A DNA stretch of 64,000 bases from Planctomycetota bacterium (GTDB lineage Bacteria > Planctomycetota > UBA1135 > UBA2386): contig OZ245006.1 of NCBI GenBank assembly GCA_965223545.1, forward strand, positions 6,272,001 through 6,336,000. The letters run 5' to 3'. Below are positions 41,209-53,296 of the stretch, in pieces; positions within the stretch are counted from its first letter, which is position 1; each line of letters opens with the position of its first letter. Made by a program: the position numbers and the translations under genes. The notes beneath the pieces were generated by a model, which was not told the DNA's origin, ran no database searches, and worked only from the letters and a program-made list of their open reading frames with translations.

Positions 41209-41325
41209 CTCTGATCGGCGCCGTTCACAACCACCCTTGGCAACGCTACTTGTGATCGCCCGATTCGGATTCCCCGGGTCGGACGAGCGCTGCCGGGCGG
41301 GGTTCGCTATACTGTGGGCCTGATT

Positions 41326-41649
41326 ATGGAAGCACTAGGAACCATCGTAGAGCGCCTCTGCGCCTGGAAAGACGTGACCCGCGAGGATCAGTCCGGCAAG
41401 GACAGCTTTTTCGTCCGCGGGCAGATCTTCGCGTATCTGGGCAAGAAGGGCGTGGTTGTGAAGCTGGCTCCGCCGCAGGTGACCGAGGCCTTGAAGATTC
41501 CCGGCGCCAAGCGGCAGCCCGACGACGGCGATCCGCACTCGCGCGAGTTCGTCGAGATCCCGGTCACCGGGCCGCGCGAAGTCGAACGCGCGATGATGTG
41601 GTTGCGGCGCGCATGCCGGCTCGGCCGGACCGCCGCTGGACCGGTCTGA
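41326..41649 (+). CDS. small MmcQ/YjbR- or TfoX-like protein
   Basis: SFFVRGQIFAYL...VVVKL...EFVEI pattern. TATACT at 41308-41313 upstream. Confidence 0.6.
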   Translation: MEALGTIVERLCAWKDVTREDQSGKDSFFVRGQIFAYLGKKGVVVKLAPPQVTEALKIPGAKRQPDDGDPHSREFVEIPVTGPREVERAMMWLRRACRLGRTAAGPV

Positions 41650-41937
41650 GACCCCTTTCCCGGGGTTCGCGGCCCCGGCCCCGCAGGAAATCTCGGACTG
41701 TGCCCCACAACTGGGGCGCATCTCCCGCGCGGCCTCCGGCGCTGACCGGTTGCCTGTTCGGCGGTGTGGACTACGAATGAACGGGTCCTCGACCGGGCAT
41801 CGGCCGCCGTTCTGGCACCCGGCCGGCGCTGGCTTCAGCCCGCGACCTGCCCCGAGGTGAGGGTCACGGCAGCGGCGCCCGACGGGACCCTTAGGGCTAC
41901 ACTTTGCCTGGCGCCACCCTCATCCCCGACGATCGAC

Positions 41938-43011
41938 ATGCACCCGATCCCGAAGACTCTCCTCGCCCTGGCGGCCATGCTGCCGGCTCTACCGGCTCAG
42001 CCGATGCCGATCACGGCGACCCTGCCGACCTCGACCTTCTGGTTGGCGACCAACGAGCCCTTCGCCGGCCAATCGCCCAAGCGCTACCAGCAGTGGTTTT
42101 CGCCGGCGGCGTGGCAGACCGCGGTCGGCCGGCCGATGCGGGTGGTCGGGCTCGACTTCTTTGCCGGTACTCCCGGCGGTCAAACCGGGGCGTCGATCGA
42201 CATCCAGATCACCATGGCGAACGGCCCGCTGTCGTTCCCGACGACCAACATGACGACCAACCTGGCCAGCGGGGCGGTGGTCGTCGTGCCGCGCAGCCAG
42301 CAGACCCTCAACACCGCGACGCCGGGGACGATGCCGCTGTCCATCAGCTTCAAGCAGTTCGGCACCGAGTTCGTGTGGGACGGCAGCTCCGCGGTCGTCG
42401 TCGACATCCTGGTTTTCAACAACGGCAAGGGCAACCAGCCCTATCGCTACGACCTGCAGGCGACGTTCTCGTCGACCGGTCAGGTCTACCGGCTTTGGGG
42501 CTTCGGTGCCGACCCACGCGCCGTGACCCAATCGAGCTTCTTCCAGAACGGCGCCGGTCTGGCGATGCAGTTCACCCTCGAGGACGGAGTCAGCGTACCG
42601 TTCGGTCGAGGGTGCGCCGGCGCCGGCGGCGCGGTGCCTCTGGCCGACACCACGGGTGGACTGCCGCTGAGCGGCAACCCGAGCTGGACCCACACGCTGG
42701 CAAACGCCAACTCGCAGGTCGGCACCGCGCTGATCCTCGGCGGCAGCCGCACGCAGTTCATGGGCCTGCCCTTGCCGCTCAACCTCGCGCCGCTCGCGCC
42801 GGCTTGCGACCTGCTCAACAACTTCATGTTCTCGATCCCGACGCAGACGGTCGGCGGTGGGCCGGGATCCGGGCTGGCCAGCGTGCCGCTGCCGATTCCG
42901 CCGGTGACGCAGTTCGTCGGCCAGTCGCTGTTCGCTCAGTGGTTGGTGATCGATCCGGGCGCGTTCGGCAACATCGCCATGTCGAACGGCATCTGGACCG
43001 TGTTCGGCTAG
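41938..43011 (+). CDS. secreted protein with shared C-terminal domain
   Basis: Signal peptide ending LPA-Q, core RYQQWF...EFVWDGSSAVVVDI, and a C-terminal domain like that of 12084..14741. Confidence 0.8.
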   Translation: MHPIPKTLLALAAMLPALPAQPMPITATLPTSTFWLATNEPFAGQSPKRYQQWFSPAAWQTAVGRPMRVVGLDFFAGTPGGQTGASIDIQITMANGPLSFPTTNMTTNLASGAVVVVPRSQQTLNTATPGTMPLSISFKQFGTEFVWDGSSAVVVDILVFNNGKGNQPYRYDLQATFSSTGQVYRLWGFGADPRAVTQSSFFQNGAGLAMQFTLEDGVSVPFGRGCAGAGGAVPLADTTGGLPLSGNPSWTHTLANANSQVGTALILGGSRTQFMGLPLPLNLAPLAPACDLLNNFMFSIPTQTVGGGPGSGLASVPLPIPPVTQFVGQSLFAQWLVIDPGAFGNIAMSNGIWTVFG

Positions 43012-43027
43012 GCGCGGCGACCGCTCG

Positions 43028-44269
43028 TCACGCCTCGGTGGCGGTGGAGGGTCGCAACAGCTCGACCGGGTGCAGCACCGGGCACGCGCTGCCCGCGGCG
43101 GCCAAGTGCGCGCCGATCTGCATCATGCACCCGGGGTTGCCGGTGGCGACGGCATCGGGTTCGGCGGCGATCAGCGCCGCGGCCTTGGCCGCGCCGATGG
43201 GCTCGGCGAGCTCGGGATGCACGAGGTTGTAGATGCCAGCCGAGCCACAGCACCGCTCGGGGTCGGCGTGGGCGACCAGCTGCAGGCCGGGCACGCGCGC
43301 GAGCAGCTGCCGCGGCGCGGTCCGCACCCCCTGGGCATGGCACAGGTGGCAGGGGTCGTCGTAGGCGACCCGGCCGACGAACGGGGCGGGCTCTTTGACC
43401 ATGCCGTGCCGGTCGAGGAACTCGCAAATGTCCGCGCACTTGGCGGCGAACTGCTCGGCGTCCGCGTCGCCCGGCAAGTGGTGGTGGGCTTCGGCGAGCG
43501 CGGCGCCACAGCCGGCGCTGTTGTGCACGACGGCCTCGGCATTGGCGAAGGCGCGGACGTTGGCGCGCAGCAGCGCGCGGGCGGCATCGCCCTGTCCGTT
43601 GTGCAGCAAGAGCGCCCCGCAGCAGGTCTGTTGGGCGGGGACGTCGACGACGAAGCCATTGGCCACCAACACGTCGATGGTGGCGCGGTGGACGTGGCCG
43701 AACAGCTGCTCCATGACGCAGCCGGTGAACAGGGCGACGCGGCCGCGCGGTGTGCCCTTCGGCGTGTAGGTGCCGTGCAGAGGGCGCCGCTGTTTGGCCG
43801 GCGGGACCGAGGGCAGCACCGCGCGCATCCCGCGCGGCAGCAGGCGCAGGCGCGCGGCGGCGCGGTCGAGCCGCAGGATGTGGGCCGCGCGCAAGACGTA
43901 GAACGCGCCGCGCAGCCGCGCGGGCCGACTGACCACGTGCTGCAGCAGCCAGCGCCGCAGCCGGCCGCCGACGGTCCGCGCCGGCGCGGTGCGCTCGTAG
44001 TTCTCGCGCGTCGCCTCGAGCAGCGCGCCGTAGCGCACTCCCGAGGGGCAGGCGGTCTCGCAGGCGCGGCAGTCGAGGCAGCGATCGAGCGCGGCGCGCA
44101 CGGTCGCCGGTTGTTGCACGCGGCCCTCGATCAGCGCGCGCATCAGGTAGATGCGCCCGCGCGGCGAGTCGGTCTCGGTGCCGAGTTCGTCGTACGTCGG
44201 GCACACCGGTAGGCAGAGGCCGCAGTGGACGCAGTCCAGGGCGTGCGGATAGTGCTCCGGACTGGTCAT
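43028..44269 (-). CDS. glcF: glycolate oxidase-type Fe-S subunit
   Basis: CVHCGLCLPVCP, SPRGRI, CLDCRACETACPSG, CCGA, YDDPCHL and CCGSAGIYN. Confidence 0.9.
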   Translation of the reverse strand: MTSPEHYPHALDCVHCGLCLPVCPTYDELGTETDSPRGRIYLMRALIEGRVQQPATVRAALDRCLDCRACETACPSGVRYGALLEATRENYERTAPARTVGGRLRRWLLQHVVSRPARLRGAFYVLRAAHILRLDRAAARLRLLPRGMRAVLPSVPPAKQRRPLHGTYTPKGTPRGRVALFTGCVMEQLFGHVHRATIDVLVANGFVVDVPAQQTCCGALLLHNGQGDAARALLRANVRAFANAEAVVHNSAGCGAALAEAHHHLPGDADAEQFAAKCADICEFLDRHGMVKEPAPFVGRVAYDDPCHLCHAQGVRTAPRQLLARVPGLQLVAHADPERCCGSAGIYNLVHPELAEPIGAAKAAALIAAEPDAVATGNPGCMMQIGAHLAAAGSACPVLHPVELLRPSTATEA

Positions 44270-45327
44270 CGCAGCATGTCGAGGTTGTCCAAGGCGCGGC
44301 GCAGCCGGGCGCTCACCGCGCGGCTGCCGGCGTCGTCGGCGCTGCGGCGGCCGTGCCGTTGCGGGTCGCCAGCGCCGATCTCGAGATGGCAGCCCAGGTC
44401 GGCGGCGCGCGCCATCAGAGCGTCCGTCTCGGTGGGGTCGATTCGGGCGCAGAAGCGGCCGTTGCCGTTGATCACGATCCGCTCGCAGCTGGTCTTGGCA
44501 AGCACGTCGGCGACGCGGCTCGGCCGCACTGCACCGTACAGCACCTCGCGGTCGGCCGCCGGCAGCACGGTCGGCGGCTGCCACGCTGGAGTCTCGGTGA
44601 GTCCCAAGCGAGCGAGCTCTCCGTCGACGTGGCGTGGATTGCCGCCCAGCAAACCGCGCACGGCGTAGCCGGAGCGACCGCCGTCGATCCAGACGCCGAG
44701 AGGTGGCGTCTGCAGCAGCCGGAGCGAATGGAAGCGCGCCGTGGCCTCGCCGGCATCGAGGTCGGTTGCGGCAAACCACGCGCGCCGCGCCGGCAGCGGC
44801 CGCAGCTTGAGGTGCATCAACGTCACCGCGAACAGCCGGCCGCGGCTGCCGACGAACAGCCGCGGCAGATCGAAGCCGGCCACGCTCTTCACCACGCGGG
44901 CACCGGCCTTGAACGGCAATCCCTCGGCCAGCACTCCCTCGATGCCGAGCAGCAAGGCGCGCGGCCCGCCGCTGCCCGGAGCGGTGCCGCCGTGCAGGTC
45001 CAGGGCGAAGTCACCGCCGACGGTGCCGTGGCCGATCGCCGGTAACCAGAGGCCTTCGTCCGCCAAGATGGCGTCGAGCTCCGCGCGGACCACGCCCGGC
45101 TCGACCGAACAGGTGAGGTCGCCCGGCAGCAGTCGATGCACGCGGTCGAGCCCTGCCAACGACAGGCGGGTCACCGCCACGTCGCTGTCGGGCGGCGGCA
45201 CGGCGTGCTGCTGGCTGGCGTTGCCGACCAGGCGCACCGGCTGGCCGCGCAGTGCGGCCAAGGCCTCGGCGACGGCGGCGGGATCGTCCGGCGCGAGGGT
45301 CGCCGCCGGGGCGTCGGCGTCGGTCAT
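44266..45327 (-). CDS. glcE: glycolate oxidase-type FAD subunit
   Basis: DLTCSVEPG, GTVGG and GARVVKSVAGFDLPRLFVGSRG. ATGA overlaps with both neighbours. Confidence 0.8.
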   Translation of the reverse strand: MTDADAPAATLAPDDPAAVAEALAALRGQPVRLVGNASQQHAVPPPDSDVAVTRLSLAGLDRVHRLLPGDLTCSVEPGVVRAELDAILADEGLWLPAIGHGTVGGDFALDLHGGTAPGSGGPRALLLGIEGVLAEGLPFKAGARVVKSVAGFDLPRLFVGSRGRLFAVTLMHLKLRPLPARRAWFAATDLDAGEATARFHSLRLLQTPPLGVWIDGGRSGYAVRGLLGGNPRHVDGELARLGLTETPAWQPPTVLPAADREVLYGAVRPSRVADVLAKTSCERIVINGNGRFCARIDPTETDALMARAADLGCHLEIGAGDPQRHGRRSADDAGSRAVSARLRRALDNLDMLR

Positions 45328-46787
45328 CCGCGGTCGTCCTCGCGCAAGACGGCGTCGACCATGGCCGGCCACTTGGCGACCTCGGCGCAGCTGCGGCGCT
45401 CGGGCAAGGCCTTGCCGGGGTTGCAGCGCTGGTCGGGATCGAAGGCTTCGCGGACCCGCCGCATCACATCGAGGTCCGCGGGTTCGAACATCAGTGGCAC
45501 GTGCTCGAGCTTCTCGCTGCCGACGCCGTGCTCGCCGGTGATGCTGCCACCCTTCGCCATGCACAGCTCGAGGATCTCATGGCCGGCGGCGGTCACTCGG
45601 GCGACCTGGTCGGGATCCCGGCCGTCGAAGCTGATGTTCGGGTGCAGGTTGCCGTCGCCGGCGTGGAACACGTTCGTCAGAGTCACCCCGTGGCGCGCGG
45701 CGATCGCGTCGATGCCGGCGAGCGTCTCGACCAGTGCGGTGCGCGGCACGACGCCGTCGAGGACGTAGAGGTCGGTGTTGAGTCGCCCCATCGCGCCGAA
45801 CGCGCCCTTGCGGCCCTTCCACAGCCGCAGCCGCTCGGCTGGATCGTCGGTCGACTCGCTGCTCAGGGCCTCGAAGCGTTCGAACCAGGACTGCACGGTG
45901 TCGGCGTCCGCGTCGACCTCGACCACCGGGCCCTCGAGCTCGACCAACAGCACCGCCTTGGCGTCGGTCGGATAGCCGGCGCGGTACACCGACGCCTCCA
46001 CCGCGGCGATCGTGCCGTGGTCGAGGATCTCCAGCGCCGCCGGAACCAGCCCGCGCTCGACGATGGCGCTGACGCAGCCGCACGCCTGCTCCATGCTGCC
46101 GAACGCGGCGAGGAGCGTGCGGCGGGCGGGGGGATCCGGGGACAGTCGCACCGTGATCTCGGTGGCGATGCCGAACGTGCCCTCGGAGCCGGTGAACACA
46201 CCGAGCAGATCGAGCTCGCCGGGCAGACGGGGACCGGCGGCGTCGCCCAGCGTGGCCAGCTCGCCGTCGGCGAGCACCACGACCGCGCCGAGGACGTGGT
46301 CGCTGGTCATGCCGTGCTTGAAGCAGTGCGGGCCACCGCTGTTCTCGGCCAAGTTGCCGCCGATGGTGCACACCGACTGGCTGCTGGGATCGGGGGCGTA
46401 GTGCAGACCGAGGTGCTGCACCGCGCGCGTCAGGTCGAGGTTTACGACGCCGGGCTGGACGACAGCCAGTCGGTCCACCGGATCGACCTCGAGGATTCGG
46501 CGCATGCGCGCGGTCTCGATCACCAGTGACGGCTGCGTCGGCGTCGGTCCGCCGGACAGGCAAGTGCCGGCGCCGCGCGGGACGAACGGCACGTCGTGCC
46601 GCGCGGCGAGCCGCACGGCGGTCTGCACTTCGGCTGTCGACTCCGGCAACACCACGGCCCGAGGTGGTGACTTGTGCAGCGTGAACCCGTCGCACTCGTA
46701 GGCGAGTAGGGCGTCGGGCTCGACCAGGGCGCGGGCGCCGAATGCCTGTTGGAGAGCGGCCTCGAACGGGGGCACGTCCGGCAGCAT
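45324..46787 (-). CDS. glcD: glycolate oxidase-type FAD-linked subunit
   Basis: AYECDG, PRGAGTCLSGG, YAPDPSSQ, GGNLAENSGGPHC, GSEGTFG, FHAGDGNLHP and GEHGVG. The start may instead be GTG at 46775. Confidence 0.9.
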   Translation of the reverse strand: MLPDVPPFEAALQQAFGARALVEPDALLAYECDGFTLHKSPPRAVVLPESTAEVQTAVRLAARHDVPFVPRGAGTCLSGGPTPTQPSLVIETARMRRILEVDPVDRLAVVQPGVVNLDLTRAVQHLGLHYAPDPSSQSVCTIGGNLAENSGGPHCFKHGMTSDHVLGAVVVLADGELATLGDAAGPRLPGELDLLGVFTGSEGTFGIATEITVRLSPDPPARRTLLAAFGSMEQACGCVSAIVERGLVPAALEILDHGTIAAVEASVYRAGYPTDAKAVLLVELEGPVVEVDADADTVQSWFERFEALSSESTDDPAERLRLWKGRKGAFGAMGRLNTDLYVLDGVVPRTALVETLAGIDAIAARHGVTLTNVFHAGDGNLHPNISFDGRDPDQVARVTAAGHEILELCMAKGGSITGEHGVGSEKLEHVPLMFEPADLDVMRRVREAFDPDQRCNPGKALPERRSCAEVAKWPAMVDAVLREDDRG

Positions 46788-46921
46788 ACCCGGTGCGCCG
46801 ACGGCCTTCGTCGCCTTGTTCGGCAGCTGTCGCAGAATGCCGCAGAGGCGGTCCGTGCGGAGCCTGGGGGCGGTCAAGTTGTCTCGATGGCGACGTCGAT
46901 ATCGACGCAGGCACACAGAGG

Positions 46922-48274
46922 ATGCGGCGCAGTGTCGACAAGCAAGTGGTGGTGTTGTTTCACGACGCCGCCAAGGAGGTCCTGTCACATCTCAGTCGGT
47001 GGAAGATCCGGCTGAACGAATGTGGCCGTGACGCTCCTCGAGGACTGGCTTCGGTCTACGGTCGCGTCCGTCGCTTGCGAGACTACCTGCAGCGCATGGC
47101 CATGGCGTATTCGACGCCGGTGGAGATCGACCTCGGTGCCGACGAGGAGAACCTCCTGGTCTCGTGTGCCGTGCACTACCTCGGTGTGGTCGATCTGGCG
47201 TTGCAAACCGACAAGTCGCCGGCCGAAACGGCCGAGCTTGAGCTGCGGCGCCAACAGCTGTCGGAATGGGCGGTGTACTTCGCGTCCGCGCCGGTGGAGC
47301 GCATCCCTTCACCGGACGCGGTTCAGCTGAACACGCCGAGCGCGCGCGCGATCGTGACCACGGTGATGCGTCAGTGCGGCACCCCGGCGCGACCTGCCGG
47401 CATCCCCACCGCGTCGCCGTCCGCCGCGCCGTCCGCCGGACCGGCTCCGCCGGTTGGTGTCGCGCCGCCCCCGGCGCCAGCGGGAGTGCACGCGCCTCCG
47501 CCGTCGTTGCCGGCGCCGCCGTCGATACCGTCACCGCCGGCGGCCGCACCCCCCGCGTCGCCACCCCCCGGAGCGGCTCACCCGGCCGGCGCCGGGTGGA
47601 CCCCGCCGCGTCCACCTGGTCCGTCGGGGCAGCCACCGGGCGGCATCGCGCCGCCCGGCGCGGGTGCGCCGGCCATGTCCGGCACGGCGGAGGGTGGTCT
47701 GCCGTTGGAACCCGACCGCATGTACGATGCGCGGTTGCGCACCATCATGGCGATGGACCTCAACGCGTACGTGCGCGCGCGGTCGGCGCAGGATTTCCGG
47801 CTCGCCATGGTGCACCTCTCCTCGATCCTCGAAGGGGCGGTCGTCGACCACGCGCTGCCCCGAGCACAGGCGCTCGGTTTGCGCGGCACGCCGGAGACCT
47901 GGAAGCTCGAGGAGATCCTCGCGCGGGTGATCGGCGACCGGCTCGGCTCCATGGACCGGGCGTACCTGTATCAGGTCATCGGTGGGCGCAACTTGCTGCG
48001 CCCATCGATCCAGCTGCAGGCACCGATGGTGGTGACCTCGCAGAGTCTCGATCAGGCGGAGGCCTTCGTGCGGAGAGTCGTCGAGCAGCTCGGGCTGTGT
48101 GCCCTTCCCGAGCAGCCGTCGGCCGATCCGACCGCGGCGGCCTTCTTCGGTGCGGCGGTGGCGTCCAACGCGCCGCAGCGTCAGCTCGCTCCGGACCCCG
48201 GACGGAGCCGGCCGTCCGATGCGACCGCCCGTCCGGGCCGTCCCGGTCGGCCACCGCCCTGGCCACGGCGTTGA
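46922..48274 (+). CDS. hypothetical protein: N-terminal helical domain, Pro-rich linker, HEPN-like C-terminal domain
   Basis: AGAGG RBS, a long P/A-rich linker and SSILEGAV...WKLEEIL...GRNLLRP. Confidence 0.65.
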   Translation: MRRSVDKQVVVLFHDAAKEVLSHLSRWKIRLNECGRDAPRGLASVYGRVRRLRDYLQRMAMAYSTPVEIDLGADEENLLVSCAVHYLGVVDLALQTDKSPAETAELELRRQQLSEWAVYFASAPVERIPSPDAVQLNTPSARAIVTTVMRQCGTPARPAGIPTASPSAAPSAGPAPPVGVAPPPAPAGVHAPPPSLPAPPSIPSPPAAAPPASPPPGAAHPAGAGWTPPRPPGPSGQPPGGIAPPGAGAPAMSGTAEGGLPLEPDRMYDARLRTIMAMDLNAYVRARSAQDFRLAMVHLSSILEGAVVDHALPRAQALGLRGTPETWKLEEILARVIGDRLGSMDRAYLYQVIGGRNLLRPSIQLQAPMVVTSQSLDQAEAFVRRVVEQLGLCALPEQPSADPTAAAFFGAAVASNAPQRQLAPDPGRSRPSDATARPGRPGRPPPWPRR

Positions 48275-48382
48275 TGGGAGGTCGAGGCGGGTCGACCTGG
48301 CCACGGGATTTCACGCGCCGGCGCGAACTTTTCCCCTGTTCGCCCTCGGGGTTGGCTCCTACGTTGCGCTGTGCTTCCGCCC

Positions 48383-49618
48383 ATGAGCGCCCTCCTGCAC
48401 CTCGATTCCCTGGACGCGGAGATCGAGACGCGTCTGCTCGGTTCGCCCGAGCCGGAGCGTCGTCTCCTGGGCATCGAGATCGAGCGCTTGGTGCTGCACG
48501 CGGACAGCCGTGAGAGTGCACCGCTCGACTTCTGCCGCCAGCTGATGCGGGACCTGGCGCGCGAGTTCGACGCCGAGGAGACCTGGCAGGGCGGAGTGTT
48601 GACCAAGCTGCGCGGCCGCGATTTCGGTCTCTCGATGGAACCGGGCGGGCAGCTCGAGGTCGACACCGATCCCGGGCCCAACCTGCGCGCCTTGGAGGAG
48701 ATCTTTCTGCGGGTCACGGCCGACATCGAGGCGCGCCTCGCGTCCACGCCCTACCGCCTGTTTGCCCTCGGCCACGCGCCGGTCACGCCGGTGGACCAGC
48801 TCGGCCTGCTGCCGCGCGAGCGCTACCGGATCATGGACCGGGCGATGATCGAGCGCGGCTCGCTGACGCGCCACATGATGCGCGCCACCGCCGGTGTGCA
48901 GTTGACGTGCGACTTCGCCGATCGGACCGCTGCCGGTCGCCTGCTGGCGCTGCTCAACCGCCTGACGCCGGTGCTGGTGTCGTTGACCGCCAACTCGCGC
49001 AGCATCGGCGGCCGCGATTCGGGTTACGAGAGCTATCGCCACCGCGTCTGGTGGGACACCGACGTGTCGCGGACCGGAGTGCCGGAGGGGTGCCTCGATG
49101 CGGCGACCGCGGTCGCCGGCTACGTTCGCTTCGCGCGTCGCGCGATCGCCCTGTTTCGGCACGGCCCCGATGATCTGCTGCCGACGCCGGCGGTGCCGTT
49201 CGAGGAGCTGGTGCGCGCTGGCGGGGTGACCGAAGCCGACCTCGACCTGCACTTGTCGTCGCTGTTTCCGTTCGTGCGGCTGCGCCGCTACCTCGAGGTG
49301 CGCTGCTTCGACACCGCGGAGTGGCCGTTGGCCAAGAGCGCGCTGGCGATGCTGTCGGGCGTGGTCTACTGCCCGAAGGCGACCGCCGCCGCCGAGGAAC
49401 TGTCGGGCGTGCTGGCGCTGCGCGATCCGACGGCGCTGCGCGCCCTGCACCTCGAGGCCGCGCGGCTGGGGTTGGATGCGCAGGTGCCGGGTGGGCCGTC
49501 GTTTCGCGGCATCGCCGGCCAGCTGATCGAGTTCGCCTCCGGCACGCTCGGCGGCCCGGATTGCTGTTGGGCCACCGTCGGGGATCTCGATCCGCTGCGG
49601 GCTCGGCTGGACTCCTGA
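48383..49618 (+). CDS. glutamate-cysteine ligase family (GCS2/EgtA-like)
   Basis: GIEIE, SMEPGGQLE, PRERYRIM, MMRATAGVQLTCDF, ANS, HLSSLFPFVRLRRYLEVRCFD. Confidence 0.88.
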   Translation: MSALLHLDSLDAEIETRLLGSPEPERRLLGIEIERLVLHADSRESAPLDFCRQLMRDLAREFDAEETWQGGVLTKLRGRDFGLSMEPGGQLEVDTDPGPNLRALEEIFLRVTADIEARLASTPYRLFALGHAPVTPVDQLGLLPRERYRIMDRAMIERGSLTRHMMRATAGVQLTCDFADRTAAGRLLALLNRLTPVLVSLTANSRSIGGRDSGYESYRHRVWWDTDVSRTGVPEGCLDAATAVAGYVRFARRAIALFRHGPDDLLPTPAVPFEELVRAGGVTEADLDLHLSSLFPFVRLRRYLEVRCFDTAEWPLAKSALAMLSGVVYCPKATAAAEELSGVLALRDPTALRALHLEAARLGLDAQVPGGPSFRGIAGQLIEFASGTLGGPDCCWATVGDLDPLRARLDS

Positions 49619-49630
49619 CGCCAGGACTCG

Positions 49631-50329
49631 ATGCGTCTGTTCGCCATCAGCGACCTGCACCTGAGCTTCGGCGTCGACAAGCCGATGGACATCTTCGGGC
49701 CACAGTGGGTCGGTCACGCCGACAAGATCCGCTCGTCCTGGGATGCGCGGATCGGCGAGCAGGACTGGGTCTTGGTGGGGGGCGATACGTCGTGGGGGCT
49801 GACCCTCGAGCAGGCGCTGCCCGATCTCGAGTGGCTCGGCGATCGACCCGGACAAAAGGTGTTGATCAAGGGCAACCACTGCACTTGGTGGACGTCGCGC
49901 AGCAAGGTCGAGGCCGTGCTGCACCCCTCGATCCGACTGCTGCAGAACGATGCCGTCGCGCTTCCCGATGGCACGGTCGTGGTTGGCGCGCGGCTCTGGG
50001 ACCCACCCGACGCGCCTTGGGCCGACGAGAAGGCTGGCCGCATCTACCGGCGCGAGCTGGGGCGCTTGCAGCGGTCGATCGCCGCCGGTCAAGCGATGGG
50101 CGGGACGCGCACCATCGCCTTGATCCACTACCCGCCGAAGTTCGCCGACGGCCGCGAGACCGAAGCCGTGGCAATGATGCAGCAGGCCGGCGTGAGCGTG
50201 TGCATCTACGGCCACCTGCACGGCCGTGACCACCGGCACGGCTTCCAGGGCGAGGCGGACGGGATTCGCTACATGCTCACCGCCTGCGACGCCATCGACT
50301 TCGCGCCGGTCGAGGTCGTCCTCTCGTAG
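49631..50329 (+). CDS. calcineurin-like metallophosphoesterase
   Basis: SDLHL, GGDTSW, KGNH, HYPP and YGHLH. Confidence 0.9.
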   Translation: MRLFAISDLHLSFGVDKPMDIFGPQWVGHADKIRSSWDARIGEQDWVLVGGDTSWGLTLEQALPDLEWLGDRPGQKVLIKGNHCTWWTSRSKVEAVLHPSIRLLQNDAVALPDGTVVVGARLWDPPDAPWADEKAGRIYRRELGRLQRSIAAGQAMGGTRTIALIHYPPKFADGRETEAVAMMQQAGVSVCIYGHLHGRDHRHGFQGEADGIRYMLTACDAIDFAPVEVVLS

Positions 50330-50373
50330 GCGGCAAACCGCGGGCGCGTGCTCAATCTCGAGCGCCCAAGGGT

Positions 50374-50385
50374 TAAGTTGCGCGC

Positions 50386-50388
<3 letters not shown>
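50374..50388 (+). promoter_or_regulatory. putative -10 element of a leaderless transcript
   Basis: TAAGTT-GCGCGC-ATG, with no SD sequence upstream. Confidence 0.4.
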
Positions 50389-53175
<2,787 letters not shown>

Positions 53176-53296
53176 ACCGGGCTCGGTTGGCCGGGGTGTG
53201 TCGCGACCACGGCAATCGGCCGGCTCGCTCGGTTCCGGCCTGCTAGACTTTTCTCGGGCCCACCACCCGCCGCATTCTCAAGCCGCAGTTCCGTCA

